This document shows, one piece after another, positions 8,607 through 19,426 of a DNA stretch of 64,000 nt (the first letter of the stretch is position 1; every line of letters begins with the position of its first letter). The notes under the pieces are model-generated. The model had not been told where the DNA came from, did not search any database, and was given only the letters and a program-made list of their open reading frames with translations. The translations under genes and the position numbers were made by a program. This stretch comes from a bacterium. Lineage in GTDB: Bacteria > Actinomycetota > Acidimicrobiia > Spongiisociales > JAHEDJ01. Location: contig JAHEDJ010000002.1 in NCBI GenBank assembly GCA_024641325.1, positions 74,365 through 138,364 on the forward strand. Direction: 5' to 3'.

Positions 8607-9665
8607 TTACCCGCTCATCGCTCGCGCGACTTCAACGCGGTCGATGAGGTAGGTTCCGAGGGACTTCAGAACATCACGCGCGGGCGAATCGGGCAGTTCG
8701 GCGATCGAGTCTTCCGCTACGGCGATTCGACGGGCAGCTTCGTTGAGGGCACCTTCGACATACCCGCCGGCACGGACCAGGCCGATGACCTCGGCCACCG
8801 CCTCGGGAGAGTACGGGCGCGCCGCGGTGAGCAACTCGCCGATGCGGGTTCCCTCCGGGCCTCGCAGAGCTTCGAGAACTGGGAGAGTGAACTTGCCTTC
8901 TGAGATGTCGGATCCGGCCGGCTTCCCGAGAAACGCATCGGTCGCGACGAGATCGAGGGCGTCGTCGCTGATCTGGAAGACGATTCCCAGTTCCCAGGCC
9001 CAGCGGCTGACTCGTTCAACATTCTCATCGGATGCATCGGCAGCCATTGACCCCAGCCGGGCGGCCGTCTGGATCAGGCTGGCCGTCTTGCCTTCGATCA
9101 CCTTGAAGTACTCGTCGGTGCCGTGGTGAATGTCCCAGTCGAGTTGCAGCTCGCGCGTCTGACCTTCAACGAGTTCGGCGTAAGTTCTGGCCAGAATCTC
9201 GACGGATCGCTGACCGAGCGTTTTCGCCGCTACCTCCGATGCTCGTGCCATCAGGAAGTCGCCGGCCAGGATGGCCACCGTATTGCCCCAGTTCGTGTTG
9301 GCAGAGGCCGTACCGCGCCTGGTCGTCGCCTCATCGATCACATCATCGTGATAGAGGCTTCCGACGTGGATCAACTCGACGGCGACGGCTGCGTCGATTG
9401 ATCTTTGATCGTCGGCCGGTCCGAACTCGGCGGCCAGCTGAGCGAGGAGAGGCCTGAAGCGTTTTCCACCTGCGATCAGCAGGTGCTGAGCCGCCTTCGT
9501 GAGAAACTCATCCTCGGACTGCGATACATCCAGCAGACGCGCTTCGACACGATCGAGCCTTTGCCAGATCTGCGGCAGTGGGACGAGATCTTCGAGGGTT
9601 GGAGCGTCCAATGTGCGACCTTCTGAGGAGATGCGGGCGCATGGTAGTGCGCTGCAGAAGAACAA
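8607..9665 (-). CDS. Polyprenyl diphosphate synthase (trans-isoprenyl diphosphate synthase).
   Basis: Carries the two DDxxD motifs (LIHVGSLYHDDVID and FQISDDALD) and the GKPAGSDISEGK motif. Confidence 0.85.
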   Translation of the reverse strand: MFFCSALPCARISSEGRTLDAPTLEDLVPLPQIWQRLDRVEARLLDVSQSEDEFLTKAAQHLLIAGGKRFRPLLAQLAAEFGPADDQRSIDAAVAVELIHVGSLYHDDVIDEATTRRGTASANTNWGNTVAILAGDFLMARASEVAAKTLGQRSVEILARTYAELVEGQTRELQLDWDIHHGTDEYFKVIEGKTASLIQTAARLGSMAADASDENVERVSRWAWELGIVFQISDDALDLVATDAFLGKPAGSDISEGKFTLPVLEALRGPEGTRIGELLTAARPYSPEAVAEVIGLVRAGGYVEGALNEAARRIAVAEDSIAELPDSPARDVLKSLGTYLIDRVEVARAMSG

Positions 9666-9809
9666 GGTTTCCAGGCCCGATTACGCAGGTCGCCGGGATC
9701 CCTGCCGACTGGTGTATTGCACCCATCTGGATTGCCGGGGGGTAGCGTTATACTCACCTCCGCGGCCGATAGACGGCCCATTGAGGAATTGGCAGGAGGC
9801 CACTAGACC

Positions 9810-12305
9810 TTGTTCGAACGCTTCACAGACCGGGCTCGAAGAGTTGTTGTACTTGCTCAGGAGGAGGCGCGCCTTCTCAACCACAACTACATCGGCACCG
9901 AGCACATCCTCCTCGGGCTCATACATGAGGGCGAGGGTGTAGCTGCGCGCGGTCTGGAGAGCCTCGGCATCAACCTCGATTCGGTCCGGCAGCAGGTTGT
10001 CGAGATCATCGGTCAGGGCCAGCAGGCTCCGAGTGGACACATCCCGTTCACTCCTCGTGCCAAGAAGGTGCTGGAGCTGAGCCTGCGCGAAGCACTCCAG
10101 CTCGGTCACAACTACATCGGGACGGAGCACATTCTGCTCGGCCTCATCCGCGAAGGTGAGGGCGTTGCCGCCCAGGTGCTTCAAAAGCTCGGCGCCGATC
10201 TTCCGAAGGTCCGCCAGACCGTCATTCAGCTGTTGTCCGGAGTCCAGGGCGATGATCAGCCCTCGGTGTCTTCTTCTGCGAAAGGTCGGTCCGAGCAACC
10301 CTCGGGCGGGTCAACCATTCTCGACCAATTCGGTCGCAACCTCACACAATCTGCGCGTGAGCAGAAGCTCGATCCGGTCATCGGTCGTCAGACAGAAATC
10401 GACCGGGTCATGCAGATTCTTTCGCGGCGCACGAAGAACAACCCCGTCCTGATCGGTGAACCGGGGGTCGGCAAGACCGCCATTGTGGAGGGACTCGCCC
10501 AACGCATCGTTGCGAGCGACGTTCCCGATACGCTGACGAACAAGCAGCTCTATACCCTCGACCTGGGTTCGCTCGTGGCCGGCTCCCGCTACCGGGGGGA
10601 CTTCGAGGAGCGCCTGAAGAAGGTTCTGAAGGAGATCCGCACACGGGGCGATATCATTTTGTTCATCGATGAGATCCACACTCTCGTCGGTGCAGGAGCT
10701 GCGGAGGGCGCAATCGACGCGGCCAGTATTCTCAAGCCGATGCTGGCTCGGGGTGAGCTACAGACCGTCGGCGCCACCACACTCGAGGAGTATCGCAAAT
10801 ACCTCGAGAAAGACTCGGCCCTCGAGCGTCGCTTCCAGCCCATCCAGGTTGAAGAGCCGACTGTCGCCGAGAGCATTCAGATTCTGCAGGGCCTTCGCGA
10901 TCGATACGAGGCTCACCACAAAGTCCGTTTCACCGACCAGGCGCTCGTCAACGCCGCCAACCTCGCCGATCGCTACATCTCAGACCGTTTTCTACCGGAC
11001 AAGGCCATCGATCTGATCGATGAAGCGGGCAGCCGCATGCGCATCCGGCGGAAGGGTGGTATGCCGGAGCTGGAGGAGCTGGACGACCGAATCTTTGAGG
11101 TCAGAACCTCCAAACTGGAGGCCGTGCAGTCTCAGCAGTTCGAGCGAGCGGCGCAGCTGCGCGATCAGGAACGGAGCCTCACATCCGACCGAATGGCCAG
11201 AGAGCGTGAAGCAACGGAGTCTGGCATTCAGTCCACCTGGGTGATCGATGAAGAGGAAATCGCCGAAGTCCTGGCACAGTGGACCGGGATCCCGGTTCAT
11301 CGCCTGACCGAAGAGGAAACCGCCAGGCTCGTCCGAATGGAGGACGAACTCCACAAGCGGATCATCGGGCAACACGATGCGATCGCGGCGGTCAGCCGTG
11401 CGATCCGTCGGACCCGGGCCGGGCTCAAGGACCCCAAGCGTCCTGCCGGTTCGTTCATCTTCCTCGGACCATCTGGTGTTGGAAAGACCGAGACGGCCAA
11501 GGCGCTGGCCGAGTTCCTGTTCGGCGACGAGGCCGCGCTCATTCAGCTCGACATGTCCGAGTACATGGAAAAGCACACGGTGAGCCGCCTGGTTGGGTCT
11601 CCGCCCGGATACGTCGGTTACGACGAAGGCGGTCAGCTCACAGAAGCTGTGCGTCGCAAGCCGTTCTCCGTCGTCTTGTTCGACGAGATCGAGAAGGCAC
11701 ATCCCGACGTCTTCAATACGCTTCTCCAGATCCTCGAAGACGGCCGACTGACCGACGCGCAGGGCCGAACGGTCGACTTCAAGAACACGGTCATCATCAT
11801 GACTTCCAACCTCGGCACCTCCGAACTGCGCAAGAAGGCAGTCGGGTTCCACAAGGGCGATGAGGAAGTCACCTACGAGTACATGAAAGAACGGGTTACT
11901 GAAGCCCTGAAGAAGAACTTCCGCCCCGAATTCTTGAACAGGATCGATGAGGTCATCGTCTTCCACGAACTCCGCAAGGACGAGGTCAAGGAGATCGTCG
12001 ATCTCATGCTGGCCAGGGTGTACGACCAACTGCAGTCGCAGGGCCTCCAGTTGGCGCTGTCCGACGCCGCGAAGGGATACCTGGCCGACAGAGGGTACGA
12101 CCCCGAGTTGGGAGCGAGGCCGCTGCGCCGGGCGATCCAGCGCCGGCTCGAAGACGCTTTGTCCGAGAAGGTGTTGCTCGGAGAGTTCCGTGCCGGAACA
12201 ACTATCGTTGTGGATGTCGATCCGGAGACGAACGAACTCGTTTTCGAGGACGTTGAAGCCCCGGATCAGCCACCGGTAGAGATGGTCGACTCGCAGGACT
12301 CGTAG
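9810..12305 (+). CDS. clpC: ATP-dependent Clp protease ATP-binding subunit ClpC.
   Basis: The N-terminus [21 protein letters not shown] matches ClpC1, with duplicated Clp-N repeats, two AAA+ modules ([15 protein letters not shown] and [15 protein letters not shown]) and a TTG start with AGGAGG 10 nt upstream. Confidence 0.95.
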   Translation: MFERFTDRARRVVVLAQEEARLLNHNYIGTEHILLGLIHEGEGVAARGLESLGINLDSVRQQVVEIIGQGQQAPSGHIPFTPRAKKVLELSLREALQLGHNYIGTEHILLGLIREGEGVAAQVLQKLGADLPKVRQTVIQLLSGVQGDDQPSVSSSAKGRSEQPSGGSTILDQFGRNLTQSAREQKLDPVIGRQTEIDRVMQILSRRTKNNPVLIGEPGVGKTAIVEGLAQRIVASDVPDTLTNKQLYTLDLGSLVAGSRYRGDFEERLKKVLKEIRTRGDIILFIDEIHTLVGAGAAEGAIDAASILKPMLARGELQTVGATTLEEYRKYLEKDSALERRFQPIQVEEPTVAESIQILQGLRDRYEAHHKVRFTDQALVNAANLADRYISDRFLPDKAIDLIDEAGSRMRIRRKGGMPELEELDDRIFEVRTSKLEAVQSQQFERAAQLRDQERSLTSDRMAREREATESGIQSTWVIDEEEIAEVLAQWTGIPVHRLTEEETARLVRMEDELHKRIIGQHDAIAAVSRAIRRTRAGLKDPKRPAGSFIFLGPSGVGKTETAKALAEFLFGDEAALIQLDMSEYMEKHTVSRLVGSPPGYVGYDEGGQLTEAVRRKPFSVVLFDEIEKAHPDVFNTLLQILEDGRLTDAQGRTVDFKNTVIIMTSNLGTSELRKKAVGFHKGDEEVTYEYMKERVTEALKKNFRPEFLNRIDEVIVFHELRKDEVKEIVDLMLARVYDQLQSQGLQLALSDAAKGYLADRGYDPELGARPLRRAIQRRLEDALSEKVLLGEFRAGTTIVVDVDPETNELVFEDVEAPDQPPVEMVDSQDS

Positions 12306-12393
12306 CCAATCAGGTCATAGGTTCTGCGTTCCAGGTCAAGAGCCTCGCCCCACGCTGGGTGCTGGTGACGTCGCTCACTACACTCCCGGGCCC

Positions 12394-13071
12394 ATGACCG
12401 CCCGCTCTCTCGAAGTCACCCGCGCCTACAAAATCCTGACGATCGTTGTCTCGGCATATATAGCTGCGCAGGTGCTGGCCGACGTCGCCAGCCTCAGGAT
12501 TGTTTCTGTCGGTGGGTTCTCGGTGGACGGCGGCACGCTGATCTATCCGTTCACTTTCACGATCCGCGATCTTGTGCACAAGATCGCAGGCAAGGAGATA
12601 GCTCGCCTCGTGATCTTTCTGGCCGCAGGGATCAATCTGGTCATGGCCGGAGTGTTCCGGCTCGTGGCTGCGCTTCCGGCCGATCTCGAGGTCGGAACCC
12701 AGACTGATTTCGGCGCCGTGCTGGCGCCGGTGTGGACCATCGTGGCGGCATCGATCATCGCTGAAGTCGTTTCCGAGCTCGTCGATACCGAGGTCTATCA
12801 GCGGTGGGTGCGGAGCTTCGGTGAGCGGTGGCAGTGGGGCCGGGTTCTGGCCTCGAATACGATTGCCGTGCCCATCGATTCGGCTCTTTTCGTTTGGCTG
12901 GCGTTCGGTGGGCTACTTCCGGGTTCAGAATCGCTGGCGACCGACGTTCTGGTCAGCATCTTCTGGGCCAATGTGCTGATCAAGGGAGCGGTTACTCTCA
13001 TCTCCATTCCGTGGATCTATCTGGTTCGAGTTTCTCCGATAACTGTGGCCGAAAGCGCTCAGCCGGATTGA
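12394..13071 (+). CDS. yhhQ: YhhQ/DUF165-family queuosine-precursor transporter.
   Basis: A multi-transmembrane protein with IYPFTFTIRDLVHK and the characteristic length of about 225 aa. Confidence 0.7.
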   Translation: MTARSLEVTRAYKILTIVVSAYIAAQVLADVASLRIVSVGGFSVDGGTLIYPFTFTIRDLVHKIAGKEIARLVIFLAAGINLVMAGVFRLVAALPADLEVGTQTDFGAVLAPVWTIVAASIIAEVVSELVDTEVYQRWVRSFGERWQWGRVLASNTIAVPIDSALFVWLAFGGLLPGSESLATDVLVSIFWANVLIKGAVTLISIPWIYLVRVSPITVAESAQPD

Positions 13072-13140
13072 GCGCTCCGCGGGACTGTAGAATGGCTGAG
13101 GTGGGCACAGTTCCCACGCAACATAAGAAAGGATTCGTAG

Positions 13141-14340
13141 ATGCATTCCAAGACTTGGACGCGTCTCTTGGCGCTCGTAGCGGTCTTCGCACTTGTGCTG
13201 GCCGCGTGCGGCGATTCAACTGAAGACACAACCGAGACGACGGCGGCGGATACGCCGGCGACGACGGCAGCACCCGATACCACCATGGCCGATACTCCGG
13301 ACACCACCATGGCCGATACTCCGGACACAACGGCGGCACCGATGGCTGATGCCGTGAAGACGTGTCTGGTGACCGACTTGGCCGGTGTGGACGACCGTAG
13401 CTTCAACGCCAGTGCCTGGCAGGGTGTTGAGGATGCGATGGATGCCGGCTACGCGACGGCCGACTCGACCTATCTGGAGTCGAGCGACGCCTCGGACTGG
13501 CAGCCGAATATCGACCAGTTCATTTCGCAAGGTTGCGAGCACATCGTCACGGTCGGTTTCGCGCTCGGTGAGGTGACGGCGATCAACGCTGCTGCCAATC
13601 CGGACATCATTTGGACCATGATCGACAATGTCCTGACGGATGCGAACTTCGCCCCGCTTGGCCTTGCCAACGTGCGCGAGCTTGTCTATCAGACCGACCA
13701 GGCTGCCTTCGCAGCGGGTTATCTGGCAGCCGGCATGTCACAAACCGGTGTCTTGTGCACCTACGGTGGCGGCAACTTCCCGACGGTGTCCATCTTCATG
13801 GACGGATTCACTCGTGGAGCTGCGCACTACAACGACGTCAAGAGCACGAATGTCAACGTCCTCGGATGGGATGTTGATGCCGCGGACGGTACGTTCACAG
13901 GTAGCTTCACGGACATGGGGCTCGCCCGCCAGACGGCAGAGTCAATGTTCCAAGAAGGCTGTGACATGATTATCCCGGTCGGCGGTGCCATCAACTTGCC
14001 TGCCGGCGATGCCATCAACGATCTCGGCCTCGATGCGGCCCTGATCGGCGTCGACGCCGATGCGTATTTCGCGATGGATACGCAGTATCAGCCGCTCTGG
14101 CTGACGACCGTTGAGAAGGCGATCGCTCCGTTCATCACGTTGTCGGTTCAGGAGCACACCGAGGGCACATGGACAAGCGGTGCCTTTGTCGGAGATCTCA
14201 GCAACGATGGAGTCGGGCTGTCCGATTACCACGACTGGGACTCGCGAGTCTCGCCTGAACTCAAGGCAGAGGTCGAGCAACTCCTGCAAGATATCAAAGA
14301 CGGCGTCATCAAAGCTGACTTCACGCCCGTCGGTTACTGA
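13141..14340 (+). CDS. BMP-family (PnrA/Med-like) ABC transporter substrate-binding lipoprotein, probably nucleoside-binding.
   Basis: Has a signal peptide with lipobox LAAC-G, a Thr/Asp/Pro-rich linker and the BMP fold motifs. A TAGAAT -10 lies at 13097-13102. Confidence 0.85.
   Translation: MHSKTWTRLLALVAVFALVLAACGDSTEDTTETTAADTPATTAAPDTTMADTPDTTMADTPDTTAAPMADAVKTCLVTDLAGVDDRSFNASAWQGVEDAMDAGYATADSTYLESSDASDWQPNIDQFISQGCEHIVTVGFALGEVTAINAAANPDIIWTMIDNVLTDANFAPLGLANVRELVYQTDQAAFAAGYLAAGMSQTGVLCTYGGGNFPTVSIFMDGFTRGAAHYNDVKSTNVNVLGWDVDAADGTFTGSFTDMGLARQTAESMFQEGCDMIIPVGGAINLPAGDAINDLGLDAALIGVDADAYFAMDTQYQPLWLTTVEKAIAPFITLSVQEHTEGTWTSGAFVGDLSNDGVGLSDYHDWDSRVSPELKAEVEQLLQDIKDGVIKADFTPVGY
13283..13336. 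repeat. Tandem 27-bp in-frame repeat (x2) encoding TTMADTPDT in the lipoprotein linker.
   Basis: Direct read: accaccatggccgatactccggacacc occurs twice. Confidence 0.8.
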
Positions 14341-14444
14341 GCCGAATAGGTATTCACAATTCGAATGGGACCCCCATGATGGGGGTCCCATTCCTCTAAG
14401 CGGGGTCGTCTCCGACGTTGTAGGGTTCTGGTTGAGCGACACTT

Positions 14445-15974
14445 GTGGAGGGTCGGTTGAGGCTCGAGCTGAAGGGCATCACTAAGCAGTTCCCGGGCGT
14501 ACTTGCCAACGACGACGTCCATCTGAGTGTCGGCGAGGGTGAGATCGTGGCTCTGCTCGGCGAGAACGGAGCAGGCAAGACCACTCTCATGAACATCCTC
14601 TACGGGCTCTACACGCCGACGTCCGGTGAGGTGCTCATCGACGACGAGCCGCTCGAACTCCACTCGCCGAGCGACGCCATCGCCGCCGGAATCGGCATGG
14701 TCCACCAGCACTTCATGCTCGTTCCGGTGTTCACGGTCGCTGAAAACGTGATTCTTGGTGACGAGCCTGCGAAGAGGGCCGGATGGCTGGATAAGCAGCG
14801 AGCGCGCAAGACGGTGCGTGATATCTCCAGCCGCTACAAGCTCGATGTCGATCCGGACGCGGTCATCGAGGATCTTCCGGTCGGCATTCAGCAACGGGTC
14901 GAGATCATCAAAGTGCTCGAACGCGAGGCGAGATTCGTTGTCTTCGACGAGCCGACGTCGGTGCTCACACCGACGGAGGTCGAGGGTTTCTTCAACATTG
15001 TGAACGGACTGAAGAACGACGGCAAGGGAATCATCTTCATCAGTCACAAACTGGGTGAGGCACTGGAGATCGCAGATCGCATAGTCATCATGCGCCGCGG
15101 TAGGACCGTTGCCGAGGTGCTGCCTGCTGACGTCGACGAGGAGAAGCTGGCGGAGCTGATGGTTGGGCGGCCTGTCGACCTCCGGGTACACAAGGAGGAG
15201 GCGACTCCGGGAGATGTCGTGCTCTCGGTTGAACACCTCGTTGTTCTCGACGATCGACATCAGCGCGCCGTCGATGGGCTCTCTCTTGAAGTCCGCGCCG
15301 GCGAGATTGTGGGAATTGCCGGCGTTCAGGGGAACGGGCAGACGGAACTCGTTGAATCGCTGACAGGAATGCGGCCATCCCTCGGCGGCATCGTGCGGCT
15401 CAACGGCGAAGACATCACGACCAACTCGCCTCGGTCGATCCACAAACGAAACGTCGCCCACGTTCCCGAGGACCGCCAGAAGAGCGGCCTGGTTCTGTCT
15501 TTCACGGTAACCGAGAACATCGTGCTGGACTCCTATTACGAGGCCCCCGTCTCACGGGGAATCCTGATGAACTGGAGCGCCGCCGAGGAGCGTGCTCTGC
15601 GACTGGTGGAGGAATACGACGTGCGAACGCCGAGTGTCGATGTCGCAGTTTCGACGCTTTCTGGCGGAAACCAGCAGAAAGTCATCGTCGCGCGGGAGTT
15701 CGACCGTGATGTCGCCCTGGTGATTGCGTCCCAGCCAACTCGCGGCATCGACGTCGGATCTATCGAATACATCCACTCTCGAATCGTCGAAGAGCGCGAC
15801 AACAACGCCGCGGTGCTCATAGTCTCTTCGGAACTGGATGAGATCACGGCCCTGTCCGATCGTATTCTGGTGATGTACGACGGAAAGATCGCAGGCGAGT
15901 TCGACCCGTCGGCCTCCACCACAGAGATTGGACTAGCAATGTTGGGCAGCCAGGGAGAGGCGGGTGCAATGTGA
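14445..15974 (+). CDS. ABC transporter ATP-binding protein with duplicated ABC domains, part of the BMP/nucleoside system.
   Basis: Has two Walker A sites (GENGAGKTT and the second half) plus LSGGNQQK signatures at 509 aa, with a GTG start. Confidence 0.9.
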   Translation: MEGRLRLELKGITKQFPGVLANDDVHLSVGEGEIVALLGENGAGKTTLMNILYGLYTPTSGEVLIDDEPLELHSPSDAIAAGIGMVHQHFMLVPVFTVAENVILGDEPAKRAGWLDKQRARKTVRDISSRYKLDVDPDAVIEDLPVGIQQRVEIIKVLEREARFVVFDEPTSVLTPTEVEGFFNIVNGLKNDGKGIIFISHKLGEALEIADRIVIMRRGRTVAEVLPADVDEEKLAELMVGRPVDLRVHKEEATPGDVVLSVEHLVVLDDRHQRAVDGLSLEVRAGEIVGIAGVQGNGQTELVESLTGMRPSLGGIVRLNGEDITTNSPRSIHKRNVAHVPEDRQKSGLVLSFTVTENIVLDSYYEAPVSRGILMNWSAAEERALRLVEEYDVRTPSVDVAVSTLSGGNQQKVIVAREFDRDVALVIASQPTRGIDVGSIEYIHSRIVEERDNNAAVLIVSSELDEITALSDRILVMYDGKIAGEFDPSASTTEIGLAMLGSQGEAGAM

Positions 15975-17179
15975 CCGACGGGGTAGCCCCACCCGGCAAC
16001 GAAAGGCCGGAAGGAGAACCGGGTTGGTACTCTCGAGTGACTGGTGTCGGGAGTTCGATCCGCCAGGCGACCGTTATCCCGGCGCTTGCGCTGGTCAGTG
16101 CCCTCATCATCGGGGCCTTCATCATCGCGGTCACCGACGTCGACACTATCCGTATTTGGGGGGATGATCCCGGCGAGGCTTTCCGGCTGACCTTCAGCGG
16201 GATTGCAGATGCATACAAGGCTCTGTTCGTTGGCTCGTTCGGATCCATCCGGGCGATAACCGAGACGCTCTACGCCGCCACCCCACTGATCTTCGCCGGA
16301 CTGGCGGTTGCCGTCGGCTTCCAGGCCGGTCTCTTCAATATTGGTGCCAACGGTCAGATGCACATCGGTGGTATGGCGGCGCTCTGGGTGGGGTTCAGTA
16401 TCTCAGTCCCTGCGTTCGTCCATATTCCAGTGGCGCTGATGGCTGCAATTGTGGCCGGGGCGATCTGGGGTGGCATCGCCGGGCTCCTCAAGGCGCGGAC
16501 CGGCGCGCATGAGGTCATCACGACCATAATGCTGAACTTCATCGCGCTGTACCTCGTCGACTACTGGCTGAAGTCGTCGGTGTTTCAGCAGCCGGGTCGA
16601 AACGACCCCATTTCCCAACCTGCGGCTGAATCGGCTCAGTTTCCGACGCTTATCGGGAACTACCGGTTGAATATCGGTTTCCTCCTTGCACTGGCTGCGG
16701 TTTGGTTCGTGTGGTGGCTGATGTATCGCTCGACGGTCGGTTATGAGTTCCGCGCCGTCGGTGCCAACCCCAGCGGAGGGAAGTACGCAGGGATGAGTGT
16801 CGCCTGGATCTACGTCTCAGTCATGGCCGTCTCCGGCGGGCTGGGCGGGCTGGCCGGCGCGAATCAGATTCTTGGCCTGGAGCCGTACCGCGGGCTGTCC
16901 AACTTCGCCGGCACGATCGGCTTCGATGCGATCGCACTGGCGCTACTCGGCCGATCGCATCCGATCGGAGTGCTGCTGGCGGGATTGCTCTTTGGTGCGC
17001 TTCGCTCCGGGGGCCGTGAGATGCAAGGCGCAGCAGGCATTCCCATCGATCTTGTATTGGTTGTGCAAGCACTGATCATTGTCTTCATCGCCGCGCCTGC
17101 GCTCGTGCGGGCGATCTACCGAATCAAGGCGCCCGATCAGGACGGCGGTACCACGGTTTCGACGGGGTGGGGCACATGA
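15971..17179 (+). CDS. ABC transporter permease (BMP-associated), first of two.
   Basis: A multi-transmembrane protein whose ATG overlaps the TGA of the ATPase gene. Confidence 0.85.
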   Translation: MTDGVAPPGNERPEGEPGWYSRVTGVGSSIRQATVIPALALVSALIIGAFIIAVTDVDTIRIWGDDPGEAFRLTFSGIADAYKALFVGSFGSIRAITETLYAATPLIFAGLAVAVGFQAGLFNIGANGQMHIGGMAALWVGFSISVPAFVHIPVALMAAIVAGAIWGGIAGLLKARTGAHEVITTIMLNFIALYLVDYWLKSSVFQQPGRNDPISQPAAESAQFPTLIGNYRLNIGFLLALAAVWFVWWLMYRSTVGYEFRAVGANPSGGKYAGMSVAWIYVSVMAVSGGLGGLAGANQILGLEPYRGLSNFAGTIGFDAIALALLGRSHPIGVLLAGLLFGALRSGGREMQGAAGIPIDLVLVVQALIIVFIAAPALVRAIYRIKAPDQDGGTTVSTGWGT

Positions 17180-18453
17180 CCGCCAACGCACCGACAGTGA
17201 CCGCGGAGGTCAAGACGCGCGCTACGCCCGAGGAACGACGGGCGACCGCGATCGGCGTGATCCTCGTGCTGCTCGGCGCGTTCGTGTTCTGGATATTCGG
17301 GCTCGGTGTCGAGTCCGGAGCTCGCTCCAACTTCAACCTCTCGTTGCCCGGCGAGCGATTCGAGAATCTCAGGTGGGAGGTCAGCTCCCAATGGCTGGCC
17401 TTCATCGTCGCGGCGACCCTGGCGTTCCTCGGTGGATTCGTGTTGCGCCGGTCTCAGGTCAAGCGAACCAACCTGGCTCTGGCTATCGGCCTCAGCCTCT
17501 TCGTGCTTGCTTTCCTCACCTGGGCGGCAGCCGATGGGTCATTCAGCCTGGTTGGCATGCTTCGTTCGTCGGTGCTGCTCTCGGTACCGGTTACCTTGGG
17601 AGCACTCAGCGGCTTGATGTGTGAGCGGGTCGCCGTTATCAACATAGCCATCGAGGGCCAGTTACTCACCGCCGCGTTCGTCGGCACGATCATGGGTTCA
17701 GCCTGGGGGATCTGGGCAGGTCTCATTGGGGCAATGCTCACCGGAGCCCTTCTAGGCGCGGTCCTCGCCGTGTTGGCGATTCGCTACCGGATAGACCAGA
17801 TCATCGCGGGAGTGGTCATCAACATCTTCGCCCTGGGGCTCACTTCGTTCCTTGCCCGGCGTGTCCTCTCCGAGGCTCAAGAACTGAATTCTCCCGGTCG
17901 CTTCCCTTCGATCAAGATCCCCGTTCTGGGCGACATACCGGTGGTCGGCTCGCTGCTCTTCAATCACAATATGTTCGTCTATGTGACCTTCCTGTTGGTG
18001 ATCGCCCTCCACTTCGGGTTGTTTTACACGCGGTGGGGCCTGCGATCGCGGTCGGTCGGCGAGCATCCCAAGGCTGCCGACACTGTAGGGATCGATGTGT
18101 ATCGCATCCGCTATCGCAATGTGATCTACGGAGGTTTGATCGCCGGCTTTGGCGGGGCGTTTCTCACACTGGCTCAGGTGTCGCGTTTTGAGGAGAACCT
18201 GACGGCGGGTATCGGATTCATCGGACTCGCCGCCATGATCTTCGGGCGGTGGATGCCGCTGGGAGCTCTCGGCGCAGGATTGGTGTTCGGGTTTGCCCGC
18301 GCCCTACAACAGAAGCTCGGGATCTTGGGAACACCAATTCCTTCGGAGTTCCTCTCGATGACGCCCTACATAGTCACGATCATCGTCGTCGCCGGAGTCG
18401 TCGGTAGGGCCCGCCCACCGGCAGCCGATGGCCAGCCTTATATCAAGGATTAG
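17167..18453 (+). CDS. ABC transporter permease (BMP-associated), second of two.
   Basis: A multi-transmembrane protein that overlaps the previous permease. Confidence 0.85.
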   Translation: MGHMTANAPTVTAEVKTRATPEERRATAIGVILVLLGAFVFWIFGLGVESGARSNFNLSLPGERFENLRWEVSSQWLAFIVAATLAFLGGFVLRRSQVKRTNLALAIGLSLFVLAFLTWAAADGSFSLVGMLRSSVLLSVPVTLGALSGLMCERVAVINIAIEGQLLTAAFVGTIMGSAWGIWAGLIGAMLTGALLGAVLAVLAIRYRIDQIIAGVVINIFALGLTSFLARRVLSEAQELNSPGRFPSIKIPVLGDIPVVGSLLFNHNMFVYVTFLLVIALHFGLFYTRWGLRSRSVGEHPKAADTVGIDVYRIRYRNVIYGGLIAGFGGAFLTLAQVSRFEENLTAGIGFIGLAAMIFGRWMPLGALGAGLVFGFARALQQKLGILGTPIPSEFLSMTPYIVTIIVVAGVVGRARPPAADGQPYIKD

Positions 18454-18508
18454 GGCCTGAAGGTCGCTCGTTCCCTTCACCTGGTGCCGTACCGTCAGGT
18501 CGCCGGAC

Positions 18509-19426
18509 TCAGCTACTGGGCTTGCCGTAGAACTCCAGCTCTGCCAGCGCCAGCTCCGAGAACGGTATTCCGACGTTTCCGGTGTCGGGGTCGGTATAGG
18601 CCTCGGCCGGATAGGTTCCGGTGACCCTTATGGTCAGCTCAGTTGTGGCGAGTGTCTGAATCCTCACCGACTGAGGCTGCGACCTGTCGTCCAATGTGAA
18701 GTTGAACGGCGAGGTGACATCGTCGGCGATGATCTCGAGGTCCTTGATCCGGTAGTTCCGCTTGAACTTCTCCTCATCGTTCACGTTCATGATGACGATC
18801 GTCTCGAGTTGGACGGGAGAACCGAAGGTGATGACGAACTCTGCGCCTTCGCCCTCCAGGCTCTTGTCGTTCCAGTAGGTCTCGACAGATTCATCCTTGA
18901 GGTTCTCGCACGGGAGGCTGGCGAATTCCGAGGAGCATGAGATCAGCAACACCGGCAGTTTCTGGGTGGCCGGAACGGTCGCAGGGGTGGCGACGGTACT
19001 AGAGGTATCGGTGGCAGCCGTGTCGTCTGGGGAATCCCCGGTGAGGGCGCCGAAGGCCCATGCAATGAGGAGAACTCCTGCCAGGACGGCGGTGATCATG
19101 ATTGCCGCGCGGACTCCGGCGGATACCTGTAGGAGCGGCTGCGGGGCAATCGGGAGTGGCCCCTGTGAGAGGCGAGCTCCGCACTCTTCGCAGTGCCGGT
19201 TCGTTTCCGGGTTGCCTGCCCCACACGACGGGCAGGTGACGGAGTCGTAAGGAATGGTGGCGACGCCAGAGCCGGCGTCTTCCAGATAATCGTCGGGCGG
19301 CGCGGTATCGAGATCGAACTGCTCGAACTCATCATCCGCCAGGGGGTCGACCCATTGACCGCATTGCGGACAGAACTGATCATCTGAGAAGTGGGTTCCA
19401 CAGTTAGTGCAGGTGTGTTCGCTCAA
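18509..19426 (-). CDS. Membrane protein with an N-terminal double zinc-ribbon, a transmembrane helix and a C-terminal F5/8-type C (discoidin-like) domain.
   Basis: Two CxxC...CxxC ribbons (CTNCG...CPQCG and CPSCG...CEECG), a hydrophobic helix AAIMITAVLAGVLLIAWAF, and then ETYWNDKS...GEGAEFVITF. It uses a TTG start with GAAGGAAGGA 7 nt upstream. Confidence 0.6.
   Translation of the reverse strand: MSEHTCTNCGTHFSDDQFCPQCGQWVDPLADDEFEQFDLDTAPPDDYLEDAGSGVATIPYDSVTCPSCGAGNPETNRHCEECGARLSQGPLPIAPQPLLQVSAGVRAAIMITAVLAGVLLIAWAFGALTGDSPDDTAATDTSSTVATPATVPATQKLPVLLISCSSEFASLPCENLKDESVETYWNDKSLEGEGAEFVITFGSPVQLETIVIMNVNDEEKFKRNYRIKDLEIIADDVTSPFNFTLDDRSQPQSVRIQTLATTELTIRVTGTYPAEAYTDPDTGNVGIPFSELALAELEFYGKPSS

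Noticed and set aside
10992-12029. A 345-aa minus-strand ORF inside clpC, plus many similar antisense or overlapping ORFs across the window (for example 4492-5067, 9681-10298, 40377-41111, 42392-43762, 50581-51606, 61259-62389).
   Set aside because: They have no start context, Arg/Pro/Gly-rich low-complexity translations typical of high-GC antisense frames, and each is fully covered by a well-supported gene on the other strand.
12306-12393. A possible preQ1 riboswitch in the leader of the YhhQ-like queuosine-precursor transporter.
   Set aside because: The sequence has GGTTCT but I could not build the P1 hairpin plus A-rich pseudoknot tail of preQ1-I, nor preQ1-II/III features. It would need an Infernal scan to settle.
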